Assembly: GCA_021162065.1 (NCBI GenBank)
Contig: JAGGZK010000049.1
Span: 11,952-75,951, forward strand
DNA from: Thermoplasmata archaeon
GTDB lineage: Archaea > Thermoplasmatota > E2 > UBA202 > JdFR-43
Reading direction: 5' to 3'
Length of the DNA: 64,000 nt
Shown here: one piece after another, positions 1 to 9,536 of the stretch
How the letters are laid out: each line of letters starts with the position of its first letter
Numbering within the stretch: position 1 is the first letter of the stretch
The notes under the pieces: model-generated
Seen by the model: the letters and a program-made list of their open reading frames with translations, nothing else
Told to the model about the DNA's origin: nothing
Databases searched by the model: none
Made by a program: the position numbers and the translations under genes

Positions 1-1
1 A

Positions 2-1030
2 GTGGTGGAGAGGATATGGTATTTTGGAGACGGAAATGGCTCCGTGGATAAGAATCCCACTCATGCCTATGCAAGGCCAGGCACCTACACCGTCACCCTT
101 GTGGTGGTGTGGAACATAAGCGGAAATAAAACGGCCGATGTGGCAACAAAAAATGTCACCGTCCAGAACAGGGCGCCCGTCGCCAATGCGGGGCCTGACC
201 AGGTGCTGGCTACGAAGACAGTGAAACTGAATGGGAGTTTGAGTTATGATCCCGATGGGGAGATCGTCTCCTATGTATGGAGTTTTGGAGACGGAACCAT
301 GGGGAATGGTAAGGTGGTGCAGCACACCTATGCATCGGATGGCGTCTACATTGTCAGCCTCAATGTTACCGACGACTATGGAGCATATTCGGAGGATAGC
401 TGCCAGATAACCATAGACAGCTCGGCCCCCCATACCACCGCCCAGATTAATGGTACGGAGGGCAGCAATGGATGGTATACAAGCGATGTGAAGGTGAAAC
501 TGGTGGTCAATGAAACGGTGAGCGGCGTGAATGCCACCTTCTACAGGATAGATGAGGGCAACTGGACGTTATACGAGGGGCAGTTCAACATCACGGGAGA
601 GGGCATCCATCTTCTGGAATTCTATTCAGATGACAATGCGGGAAATGTAGAGGAGGTTCAGTCCGTCACCGTCAAGATAGATAAAACCGCTCCCCAGGTT
701 GACATACTAACGCCTCAGGAGAAGAAGATTTACATATTCGGCAGGGGCATACTTCCCACCTTCAAGAGGACATTCATCATAGGGAGAATTACCGTGCAGG
801 TGAATGCTGTTGACAACCTCATGATGGACCAGGTTAAGTTCTTTGTGAATGATGAAATAATGGAGAATGACTCAACACCCCCATATGAGTGGGTGTGGGG
901 CGGCTCCATAGGCTCCAAGACTCTGAAGGTAAGCGGCTATGATGAGGCAGGGCATGAGACGAGTAAAGAAATGGACGTGTTTATAATAAGCTTCTTCAAA
1001 CCCAGAGGCACAAATCTGAGTATGGCTTAG
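2..1030 (+). CDS. Secreted PKD-domain protein, 5' partial (PKD x2, GxNGWY beta-domain, C-terminal Ig-like domain)
   Basis: W(Y/S)FGDG PKD motifs, PVANAGPDQ, GSNGWY domain; the ORF is open at the window start. Confidence 0.85.
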   Translation: MVERIWYFGDGNGSVDKNPTHAYARPGTYTVTLVVVWNISGNKTADVATKNVTVQNRAPVANAGPDQVLATKTVKLNGSLSYDPDGEIVSYVWSFGDGTMGNGKVVQHTYASDGVYIVSLNVTDDYGAYSEDSCQITIDSSAPHTTAQINGTEGSNGWYTSDVKVKLVVNETVSGVNATFYRIDEGNWTLYEGQFNITGEGIHLLEFYSDDNAGNVEEVQSVTVKIDKTAPQVDILTPQEKKIYIFGRGILPTFKRTFIIGRITVQVNAVDNLMMDQVKFFVNDEIMENDSTPPYEWVWGGSIGSKTLKVSGYDEAGHETSKEMDVFIISFFKPRGTNLSMA

Positions 1031-1042
1031 ACGGAAGGCAAA

Positions 1043-2215
1043 ATGCACGAGGAAGTCAATAAACTTTTCCAGTTTAAATTATGCGATTCATGTCTCGGCA
1101 GACAGTTCGCCAAACTGTGGCATGGGATGACCAATGAAGAGAGGGGAAGGAAGATAAGGGAGGAGCACGGCCTGAAAGAGATTCCACCCGAGGAATGCTG
1201 GCTGTGCGAGGGGATAATGGGCGAGATGGACAAATTCGCCTCCTTGGTGGTGGATGCCCTGTCAGACTATGAGTTCAACACCTTTCTTGTGGGATGCAGG
1301 GTTGATGAGGATATAATCGAGAGGGAGGAGAGAATAGCAACGCAGTACAGCGAATCCATAAAGAGGGAGATAAACAGGGAGGTGGGAAAGAAGGTTTACT
1401 CCTTCATTGAGAAACCCGTGGAGTTTGTGCGCCCCGACATAGTCGCCATAATAGACACATCCTACGATACCGTTGAACTGGATGTGAGGCCCGTCTTCAT
1501 ATACGGGAGATACAGGAAACTGGTGAGGGGCCTACCCCAGACAAAATGGTACTGCAGGAAATGCCATGGAAAGGGGTGTGAGTACTGCAATTTCAAGGGA
1601 AAAATGTATGAGGAGAGTGTGGAGGAGATAATAGCAGCCGAGCCTCTTCGCATATTTCAGGCGAAGGAAGAGGAATTCCACGGGGCAGGAAGGGAGGACA
1701 TAGACGTGAGAATGCTGGGCAATGGAAGACCCTTCATTCTGGAATTGAAGGAACCTCGCAAAAGAAATGTGGATATTGAGAAAGTGGAGAAGGCCATAAA
1801 CGAATTCGCCGCCGGAAAGGTGGAGGTGGTTTCCCTTAGATACGCCTCAAGGAATGAGATAGAGATGCTGAAATCCGCCAAATACCCGAAAACATACAGG
1901 GTGGTCGTTGGCTTTGAGGAGAAGGGAAAAATTAATGAAGCAGTTAATGCATTAAGGAGTAGTATAATTGAGCAAAGAACACCCCGAAGGGTGGCTCACA
2001 GAAGGGCCGACAAGGTTAGACGTAGGAAGGTAATCGATATAAGGGTGGAAGAGATGAAGGAAAATGAGGCAACGCTGGTGATAAAGGCGGAATCAGGCAC
2101 ATACATAAAGGAACTCATAACGGGAGATGAAGGAAGAACCGTCCCTTCTTTAAGCCATCTGGCGGGTGTTGATATGGAAGTGAAAATGCTGGATGTAATT
2201 GAAATAGGTGATTGA
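1043..2215 (+). CDS. pus10: tRNA pseudouridine(54/55) synthase Pus10
   Basis: LCDSCLGRQFA N-terminal Zn motif, HGAGREDIDVRMLGNGRPF catalytic motif, GTYIKELI; upstream of L21e. Confidence 0.95.
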   Translation: MHEEVNKLFQFKLCDSCLGRQFAKLWHGMTNEERGRKIREEHGLKEIPPEECWLCEGIMGEMDKFASLVVDALSDYEFNTFLVGCRVDEDIIEREERIATQYSESIKREINREVGKKVYSFIEKPVEFVRPDIVAIIDTSYDTVELDVRPVFIYGRYRKLVRGLPQTKWYCRKCHGKGCEYCNFKGKMYEESVEEIIAAEPLRIFQAKEEEFHGAGREDIDVRMLGNGRPFILELKEPRKRNVDIEKVEKAINEFAAGKVEVVSLRYASRNEIEMLKSAKYPKTYRVVVGFEEKGKINEAVNALRSSIIEQRTPRRVAHRRADKVRRRKVIDIRVEEMKENEATLVIKAESGTYIKELITGDEGRTVPSLSHLAGVDMEVKMLDVIEIGD

Positions 2216-2216
2216 G

Positions 2217-2507
2217 ATGAGAAGGTCTAGGGGATTTAGGAGTAAAAGCCGCGGAAAAATGACCAAAAGGATAAGAAAGGGCATGTCCAACGTGATTACG
2301 AGAGCGATGCAGGAGTATGAGGAAGGAGAGAAGGTGGCAATAGTTATAGACCCGTCGGTGCACAAGGGCATGCCGCATCCGAGATATCACGGACTTACAG
2401 GAGAGATAGTCGGAAAGCAGGGGAGGGCTTACATAGTCAAAATAAGGGACAGAAAGAAAATAAAGCATCTGCTTTCCTATCCGGAGCATCTGAGGAAGGT
2501 AACATGA
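2217..2507 (+). CDS. rpl21e: 50S ribosomal protein L21e
   Basis: IDPSVHKGMPHPRYHGLTG, PEHLR; GGTGA RBS before ATG 2217. Confidence 0.95.
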   Translation: MRRSRGFRSKSRGKMTKRIRKGMSNVITRAMQEYEEGEKVAIVIDPSVHKGMPHPRYHGLTGEIVGKQGRAYIVKIRDRKKIKHLLSYPEHLRKVT

Positions 2508-2815
2508 AGATAATGCTGATATCTGAGGTTAAGGAAATGCTATCCAAACTGAGCGAGGAACAGGAGTTGAACAGAGAGCAGAAGATAGCGCTGGAGCACA
2601 GCGAGAGGGTCGCCCGCCTTCCCCCGGAGAAGGCGAGGGAACTTGTGGAGCGGCTCATGGAGATAGGGAAGGTGGAGGAGAAGCAGGCATGCAAGATGGC
2701 GGATTTACTGCCGGAGGACAGGGAGGAGGTTGTGGCAATCTTCGCCAAGGAGACATATATTCCGTCTGAGGAGGAGATAGAGCAGATTCTGGAGGTAATA
2801 AGGGAGTATCTTTAA
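2504..2815 (+). CDS. rpo4: RNA polymerase subunit Rpo4 (F)
   Basis: REQKIALEH, KMADLLP; conserved position after rpl21e. Confidence 0.9.
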   Translation: MKIMLISEVKEMLSKLSEEQELNREQKIALEHSERVARLPPEKARELVERLMEIGKVEEKQACKMADLLPEDREEVVAIFAKETYIPSEEEIEQILEVIREYL

Positions 2816-2824
2816 GGAGGGGAA

Positions 2825-3379
2825 ATGGAGGATTATGTTTATATTCTGGATTATTTACCAACAGGACGTGTTGGACACAGAAGGGGCGCCATCGCCTATG
2901 GCATAGGGGAGAGCCAGTTTACCCTCCTTGAACTCATTCCGAAGCCCGATGTAACTCTCTCCATAGGGGAAAGGATATACGTGGGAAAGGAACTGGAGAA
3001 AAGAGAAAAGATAGCGAAGGTCAAGGGAAGGGTGAATTACGATGACCTCACCCCGACCGCCCACGGAGAAATGCTGTATGTGATACAGGAGATAGTGGAA
3101 AAGAATGAGGACAGATTTGTGAAATTTTTCAATGAGGCGCCCGCCATCACAACGCGCTTCCATTCCTTGGAGTTGCTTCCTGGTCTTGGCAAAAAAACGA
3201 TGCTGGAGATACTGGATGAGAGAAAGAAGCAGCCCTTCAAAAGTTTTGAGGATATAAAAAACAGAGTGAAGAGCATTCATGCCCCCGAGAAAATAATAGC
3301 AAAGAGGATACTGGATGAACTTGAAAACCCGAATGAAAAGTACCGCCTTTTCACCAGGCCTCCCCTCATAAAAAGATGA
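2825..3379 (+). CDS. DUF655 family putative RNA-binding protein
   Basis: YILDYLP, FTLLEL, HSLELLPGLGKK HhH motif; conserved operon position. Confidence 0.9.
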   Translation: MEDYVYILDYLPTGRVGHRRGAIAYGIGESQFTLLELIPKPDVTLSIGERIYVGKELEKREKIAKVKGRVNYDDLTPTAHGEMLYVIQEIVEKNEDRFVKFFNEAPAITTRFHSLELLPGLGKKTMLEILDERKKQPFKSFEDIKNRVKSIHAPEKIIAKRILDELENPNEKYRLFTRPPLIKR

Positions 3380-4119
3380 GGCTGAGCCAGAATTTTCTCA
3401 TAGACGAAAGGGTGGCGGAAAGACAGATAAGATATGCCGATTTGAAAAGCACGGATAGGGTTCTGGAGGTTGGCCCGGGCAACGGCATTCTCACCAGAAA
3501 AATGGCTCAGGTGGCAAGGGTCATAGCCATAGAAATAGATGCTTCCTTAGCCAAAAAACTGGAGGGATTGAAAAATGTGGAGGTGATTAACGAGGATGCC
3601 ATGAAGGTTGATTTTTCCTCACTGGATTTCAATAAAATTGTGTCGAACATACCATATCACATCTCCTCCCCCCTCACCTTCAAATTTCTGGATGAAACCT
3701 TTGATGTGGCCATCCTGATGTACCAGAAGGAGTTTGCGGAAAGAATGGTTGCCTCCCATGGAAGCAAAAAGTATTCCCGTCTTTCCGTCATGGTTTACCA
3801 GAAGGCGGACTGCAGAATTCTCGAAAATGTGCCGCGAACCGCCTTTCGCCCCGTGCCCAAGGTGGACTCCTGCATAGTTGAGATGAAACCCGTGGGAAAA
3901 AGATTTGATGTGGATGATGAGATATTTGACAGGGTTGTGGCATCCCTCTTCTCCCATCGCAGGAAAAAGATAAAGAATGCCCTCATGATTGACGGAATAA
4001 TAGATGAAGAGATGGTGGTGGCGAGGCTTCCTTTCATGGATGAAAGGGTGGAACACCTCTCCCCTGAGCAGATAGCAGAACTCTGCAGAAAACTGGAGGT
4101 GTTGAATGAAGGTGTTTGA
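3376..4119 (+). CDS. rsmA: 16S rRNA dimethyladenosine transferase RsmA/KsgA
   Basis: SQNFLID, LEVGPGNG, SNIPYHIS, QKEFAERM, FRPVPKVDS. Confidence 0.95.
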   Translation: MRLSQNFLIDERVAERQIRYADLKSTDRVLEVGPGNGILTRKMAQVARVIAIEIDASLAKKLEGLKNVEVINEDAMKVDFSSLDFNKIVSNIPYHISSPLTFKFLDETFDVAILMYQKEFAERMVASHGSKKYSRLSVMVYQKADCRILENVPRTAFRPVPKVDSCIVEMKPVGKRFDVDDEIFDRVVASLFSHRRKKIKNALMIDGIIDEEMVVARLPFMDERVEHLSPEQIAELCRKLEVLNEGV

Positions 4120-5053
4120 AAAGGTGGACGCCGTTATTGTAAAAACGCCGGATGCCAGCTTTTTCTATTTCACGGGACTGGAGGGAACATGGGAATCCAG
4201 CTATGCCATCGTTTTTCCAGATGCCGTGGAGGTGGTGGCCCCGCCGCTGGAAAGGGGAAGGGCACACTTCTACACCAGCAGAAGGGAGATGGAGGCACTG
4301 CTTAAGGAGCTGGCAACAGCAGAGAAAATCGGGTTCAACTCCCGCGGTTTATCCCATGCCGATTATCTTTATCTGAAGAAGATTATTGGAGGAAAATGGA
4401 TTGATGTTGGAAAGGAAATTATGGAGGCGAGGGTGGTTAAGAGAAAAAGCGAGGTGGCCCTCATAAGAAGGGCATGCAGGGAGACGAAAAGGATAATGGA
4501 ATCCCTCTCCATGGAGGGCAAAAGCGAGGCGGAGGTGGCGGCAGAGGCGGAATATGAGATGAGGAAACGGGGCATGAAGGCTGCCTTCGATACCATAGTG
4601 GCCTTTGGAAAAAACTCGTCATCTCCCCACCATACCGCGGGCAAAAAAAGATATGCCACACCCGCCATACTCGATATGGGGGCAAGATACAGAAACTACT
4701 GCTCCGACATAACGAGAACTTTTGTGGAGAGAAGGGGCAGAAAAATATACGAAATTGTGGAAGAAGCGCTTAACATTGCCATAGATGAGATGATGGAGGG
4801 AGTTAAAGCATCTGAAGTGGTGAAAAAGGTGGAGGATTTTCTCAAAAAACATGGCCACGGGATGAGACATTCCCTGGGCCATTCCATAGGGATAGAGGTG
4901 CACGACGGCTTTTCCCTCTCCTCCGCCTCCAACTTCATTCTGAAGGAAAACATGGTTTTTGCCGTGGAGCCGGCGATATACACGGCAGGGATGGGCGTGA
5001 GAATTGAGGAGGATGTCATTGTAAAAAAGGGGAAGGCGGAAATAATCAGATAA
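4106..5053 (+). CDS. M24 Xaa-Pro aminopeptidase/prolidase
   Basis: DMGA, YCSDITRT, HSLGHSIGIEVHD, VEPAIY, GVRIEEDV. Confidence 0.9.
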   Translation: MKVFEKVDAVIVKTPDASFFYFTGLEGTWESSYAIVFPDAVEVVAPPLERGRAHFYTSRREMEALLKELATAEKIGFNSRGLSHADYLYLKKIIGGKWIDVGKEIMEARVVKRKSEVALIRRACRETKRIMESLSMEGKSEAEVAAEAEYEMRKRGMKAAFDTIVAFGKNSSSPHHTAGKKRYATPAILDMGARYRNYCSDITRTFVERRGRKIYEIVEEALNIAIDEMMEGVKASEVVKKVEDFLKKHGHGMRHSLGHSIGIEVHDGFSLSSASNFILKENMVFAVEPAIYTAGMGVRIEEDVIVKKGKAEIIR

Positions 5054-5082
5054 TCTTATATCCAAGCTGCCATTCAATTTCC

Positions 5083-5760
5083 ATGAAGAATCTTGATGAC
5101 ATCCTCTCTGCCATAGAGGAAGAACTGAACGAGAAGGATGACCTGAGAGAGGAGACGCTCAAAAACTGCAGGGAGATCATAAGAAACAGCAGAAAGGGCA
5201 TAAAGAGCATTCATGAGGGGAATATGGAGGAGGCGAGAGAATATATGAACGAGGCGGGCAAAATTCTCAAGGCAACCAGAAAAAAAATAGAGAGGCATCC
5301 CGACATACTGACTGCTGGCTATATGGAAAATGCGATGCAGGAGGTGGCGGAGGCGGAGATATTCATGGCAATAATGGAGGATAGAGATATACCACCTCCC
5401 GAAGCCATAAATGTGAGCAGCACATCATACCTTCTTGGCTTAGCGGATGTGGTGGGGGAGCTGAGGAGAAGAGGCGTATATCTCATGAAGAGCGGAAACA
5501 TAGGAGAGGTGGAGGAAATACTGGGAATGATGGAGGAGATATGCGACAGGGTGGGGGAGTTTGACTACCCCTCTGGCCTTCTTCCCATAAAGAGGAAGCA
5601 GGATGTCATAAAGAAGGTGCTGGAAAAGATGAGGGGAGAGGTGGCCATATTCAAGAAAACAAGGGAACTGGAAAGCAAGATGGAGGCACTGCTCAGAAAA
5701 ATGAAGGGAAAGGGGGAAGGGGAGGAAGGGGAGGCGATGGATATCGATTCAATCCTCTGA
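5083..5760 (+). CDS. Translin/TRAX (C3PO-like) protein
   Basis: REETLK..REIIR, QEVAEA, YLLGLADVVGELRR, KRKQD. Confidence 0.85.
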   Translation: MKNLDDILSAIEEELNEKDDLREETLKNCREIIRNSRKGIKSIHEGNMEEAREYMNEAGKILKATRKKIERHPDILTAGYMENAMQEVAEAEIFMAIMEDRDIPPPEAINVSSTSYLLGLADVVGELRRRGVYLMKSGNIGEVEEILGMMEEICDRVGEFDYPSGLLPIKRKQDVIKKVLEKMRGEVAIFKKTRELESKMEALLRKMKGKGEGEEGEAMDIDSIL

Positions 5761-6921
5761 ATAAACCAGCTCTCCCTCTTTAATGACCTTCCTTACCATA
5801 TTCACCCCTATCTTGTAGGGGATAAATTTATGAGATGCTACATTCGTTATGAGAACATCTCCCTTCTTTCCCCGCTCTATGCTTCCCACTTCCCCATCCC
5901 TTTTTATTGCCTTCGCAGCATTGATTGTCGCCGCTCTCAATGCCTCCAGGGGCATCATTCCCATCTTGTAGCATGCAAGCTGAACAATGAACTGCATGTT
6001 TGCCACATAGCAGTTGGGATTGAAGTCCGTGGCAAGAGCGATGGTGAGGCCGATTTCCTTCATCCTTCTGGCATCTGGGTATGAGGTGTTGAGGACAAAG
6101 GGAGTGGCCGGAAGAAGTGTGGCCACCACGCCCGCCCCGGCAAGCGTTTTCATCTCTTCCTCCCCAGCCATAAGAAGATGGTCGGCCGAGACAGCATTTA
6201 TCTCTGCTGCCATCCTGCTGCATCCGATGCATGAAAACTCGTCGGCATGGATTTTGGGCAGCATCCCGTATTCCCTTCCCTTCATGAGGATTCTCCTTGA
6301 TTGCTCCACATCGAAATAGCCCTTCTCGCAGAAAACATCGCAGAACTCCGCCAGTTTCCTTTTCCCCACCTCAGGTATTATCTCCGAAATTATCTCCTCC
6401 GTGTACTCTTCTGCCTCTCTCCCGGAAGGAATGGCATGGGCGAGGAATGTTGGAACTACGTCCATTTTTGTTTTCCTTTTCACCTCCTGAATCGCTTCCA
6501 GCATCTTTATCTCCGTTTCCCTGTCCAGTCCATAACCACTTTTTATCTCCACCGTGGTTGTTCCGTGGGAAAGCATTTCCCTCAGCCTCTCCTCCATCTG
6601 TTTCACCAGTTCTTCCTTACTCGCCCTTCTTGTTTCCTTTACCGTGTATAATATTCCCCCTCCCATCTCCGCAATCTCACTGTAGCTCTTCCCCTCAATC
6701 TTCCACTCAAGTTCGAACTCTCTGCTTCCGGCAAAGACGGTGTGGGTGTGGGGGTCAATAAAGCCGGGCATTACAAATTTGCCTTCCGCATCTATCACCT
6801 CATCGGCCCTCTCCCTCACCCCTATGCTCTCTATCCTCCCCTCCTTTATGTGAATGCACGTATCCCTTATTATCCTGTGGCCGTCAAAAAGTTCCCCTAT
6901 GTTATCAATGAGGATTTCCAT
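5749..6921 (-). CDS. hutI: Imidazolonepropionase
   Basis: PGFIDPHTH, GGGILYTV, EIKSGYGL, DVFCE, HADE, SADHL, ATDFNP. Confidence 0.93.
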   Translation of the reverse strand: MEILIDNIGELFDGHRIIRDTCIHIKEGRIESIGVRERADEVIDAEGKFVMPGFIDPHTHTVFAGSREFELEWKIEGKSYSEIAEMGGGILYTVKETRRASKEELVKQMEERLREMLSHGTTTVEIKSGYGLDRETEIKMLEAIQEVKRKTKMDVVPTFLAHAIPSGREAEEYTEEIISEIIPEVGKRKLAEFCDVFCEKGYFDVEQSRRILMKGREYGMLPKIHADEFSCIGCSRMAAEINAVSADHLLMAGEEEMKTLAGAGVVATLLPATPFVLNTSYPDARRMKEIGLTIALATDFNPNCYVANMQFIVQLACYKMGMMPLEALRAATINAAKAIKRDGEVGSIERGKKGDVLITNVASHKFIPYKIGVNMVRKVIKEGELVYSED

Positions 6922-6956
6922 GGAGATAATATGTAATGGCTAAATAAAGAATATGC

Positions 6957-7631
6957 TCATCTCCAGAAGGCATGGACAGCAAAGAGGATGACAAGGAATA
7001 TGAGACCCAACTTGGTTATGAGGATGCTTTCATTCCTCTTCTTCGCACTCCATCCGTAGTCATCGAGGCGATAGAATAAAAGCCATCCGTACTGACTGAA
7101 GAAGGCAAATAGAGATAGCAGGATCGCCTCTATCCATGCCCTTGTGCTGGAAAATGCTTCCGCGACATCCGCATTATAAAAATATCCCATCTGAACATAG
7201 AAGGAGCCGATGACAAGAAACATGGCGCCGAAGGCCATCTGGGACTCATGATGTATGAGCCCCTCTGCATACAGGGAAACGAGAGCCCCTATGACGGAGA
7301 AGAGGATGACGGGCCATCCCGTTTCAATGGCGAGGTATGCCATTATGGAAAGAAGTATGATGAGGGAGACAATCAGCAAAATCTTAAGAGTGTTCTTGCT
7401 CAGGGTATGCCTCGCCTCTATGTCATAATGATAGAGGTCGTGGATGGTGTGGGCAAGCACGTAATGAGCAAGGAAGCCACCAAAGGAGGTGAGAACAACG
7501 CCTATAATGTAGATGTCATCGATGAAAAGGGCGGCGAAAAAGGAGCCGAGAAGGGGAAAGAAGCCACCTGTGATTATGGAAGTAAATAGGGTGAAAGGCG
7601 AGAGCATTCCCTTCTGCTCAATTGCCATCAA
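6957..7631 (-). CDS. Polytopic membrane protein, divergent UbiA/MenA-like prenyltransferase candidate
   Basis: About 7 hydrophobic segments; HTIHDLYHYD and RLDD..KKR sit where the UbiA Asp-rich loops lie; overlaps the prenyl synthase stop codon. Confidence 0.5.
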   Translation of the reverse strand: MMAIEQKGMLSPFTLFTSIITGGFFPLLGSFFAALFIDDIYIIGVVLTSFGGFLAHYVLAHTIHDLYHYDIEARHTLSKNTLKILLIVSLIILLSIMAYLAIETGWPVILFSVIGALVSLYAEGLIHHESQMAFGAMFLVIGSFYVQMGYFYNADVAEAFSSTRAWIEAILLSLFAFFSQYGWLLFYRLDDYGWSAKKRNESILITKLGLIFLVILFAVHAFWR

Positions 7632-8611
7632 ACCACCATATCCACATTGCTTATCATGGCGTTTACTATATACGCCGGTGCCTCCTTCAGAAGTTCCTTA
7701 TATGGAGTGTCAGGTATGAGCGGAGAGGAGGCAAGTTCGACGGCGCTGGCAATTCTCTTCCTTATCTCCTCCAGATACACCTTCTTGAGATCAAATCCAT
7801 TCTTGGACAGCACCTCTTCCAGAATATGGGTACCGTTCTCCTTCAGCATTTCCAGAAGTTCCCTCCTTATATTCTTGCCATACGCCCTTATGAGAGGGAT
7901 TATTATTCCTTCCTCCAGCTTCCCATTGGCTATGTCAACAAGGTCGTCAGCCAGCTGGTACGCCATGCCGACCTCTCTCCCGTAAAGCCTCATGAGTTCC
8001 CTCAACTCCTCATTCGCCTTCGCCTCTATGGCGCCCGCCCTGCAGGCGGTGGCGAAGAGGGAGGCGGTCTTCATCTCTATGATTTTGAAATATTCCTGGA
8101 GCAACTTCTCCGGCTCATGCCCGTTGAGAAAATCCTCAAGATGGGCATTGAGATCTATATCCTTTAGCTGGCCTATGAGCGTCTCCTCCCAGGTGTTCAG
8201 AAAAATCCATGCGTTCTCCATTCCATGAGAAAGGGAGATTCTGAAGGCCGTACTTATCATTTTATGGCCTGTGAGGATGGCCGTTCCAAGCCCCTTAACC
8301 ACATGAAGGGCCAGTTTGCCCCTCCTCTCATCATCCCCATCCATTATGTCATCATGAATGAGGGAAGCAGAGTGAGCAAGCTCCATGCCCATGGCACTCT
8401 CAAGGGCATATCTGTAATATTCATCCGCCCCATCGCATGCTCTGAACGAAAGCATAAGCATGGCAGGACGGAGCATCTTTCCGCCCTCAAGAGCATAGAG
8501 CATGTCCTCGTCATGTATATTATGCTCTATCTCCCTCCACACCTCTTCCTGAACCTCCCTGAAGAATTCCTGAAAGGTTATGGTTCTGGATTTTAAGGGC
8601 ATGAAATCCAA
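7628..8611 (-). CDS. trans-polyprenyl diphosphate synthase
   Basis: GGKMLRP, FARM HDDIMD..RRG, GQLKD, KTASL, SARM YQLADDLVD. Confidence 0.92.
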   Translation of the reverse strand: MDFMPLKSRTITFQEFFREVQEEVWREIEHNIHDEDMLYALEGGKMLRPAMLMLSFRACDGADEYYRYALESAMGMELAHSASLIHDDIMDGDDERRGKLALHVVKGLGTAILTGHKMISTAFRISLSHGMENAWIFLNTWEETLIGQLKDIDLNAHLEDFLNGHEPEKLLQEYFKIIEMKTASLFATACRAGAIEAKANEELRELMRLYGREVGMAYQLADDLVDIANGKLEEGIIIPLIRAYGKNIRRELLEMLKENGTHILEEVLSKNGFDLKKVYLEEIRKRIASAVELASSPLIPDTPYKELLKEAPAYIVNAMISNVDMVV

Positions 8612-8698
8612 ATAGCATTTTAGTATAAGTATTTAACCAATCAAAAATAGAATTATAAAAAGAAAAGAAGGGGAAGAGAGGAGGATGTAGGGGGCAAA

Positions 8699-9412
8699 TC
8701 AGCGTGCCCAGATGCCGTTTATGTGCATCACCATAATCCATCCATCATGCATCACTCCATCAACTGTAACATCACTGCCCTCCAGTCCAGCAAACTCCTC
8801 GTACATTCTCTCCAGCAATCCATCTCCGTCTATATCGCTTCTTGAATAGCCTCTCTTGATCCCTAACTCATAGCCATTCACGTAAAAGCTGCCGTTTATG
8901 TTCTCCAGTGTGCCCTCTATGGTGACAACATCCACATCCCTCGGCACTCTGAACCATATTCCGTTTATGTGACTCACATAGAGGGTGCCGTTGTTCAGCA
9001 TTCCATTAACAACGACGTGGCTGCCCTCCAGTCCTTCCAGTTCCTCCCATATCTGCTCATAGACGCCATCCCCGTCATAGTCGCTCCTTGCCAGCATGTT
9101 GAGAAAAGCATCATCGCCGAAGTACAGAGATGTGTTATTTACGTAATAGATCCCATTCACATTCTCAAGTGTTCCTTCAACCCTTGTGATTTCCAGCATA
9201 TGTCTGGCGACATGCTGCCACGCGTGCTGCTGCATCTGCATCCCTCTTCCATGTCCTCGAGCCATCAATCTGCCCAGCATATGTCTCCATTTAGCCATCT
9301 TGCCCGCTGCGTCGTCTCCTCCACTAGCATCTATTCCATTTATTCCGGCCTCCACCAGTGCCACCATCCCTATGATGGCGACAAGGGCGATAGCCATATA
9401 CCATCTCTTCAT
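8699..9412 (-). CDS. Secreted hypothetical protein with two DxDGDG-containing repeats
   Basis: Signal peptide; repeats RSD(Y/I)DGDG..GLEGS..V(S/M)HINGIW. Confidence 0.75.
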   Translation of the reverse strand: MKRWYMAIALVAIIGMVALVEAGINGIDASGGDDAAGKMAKWRHMLGRLMARGHGRGMQMQQHAWQHVARHMLEITRVEGTLENVNGIYYVNNTSLYFGDDAFLNMLARSDYDGDGVYEQIWEELEGLEGSHVVVNGMLNNGTLYVSHINGIWFRVPRDVDVVTIEGTLENINGSFYVNGYELGIKRGYSRSDIDGDGLLERMYEEFAGLEGSDVTVDGVMHDGWIMVMHINGIWAR

Positions 9413-9536
9413 TTTTTATCACCGGCAAAAGAGCATGCCATTATTTATATCGATTTACCAGATTTGTTACAAAATCATTCCCAAATCATTCCCAAATTTT
9501 TACCAGAAAAGTTAAAAATAAAAGAGGGAGAGGGAA

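Noticed and set aside
1043..4119. pus10-rpl21e-rpo4-DUF655-rsmA cluster as a novel system
   Set aside because: It is a well-known conserved archaeal gene string
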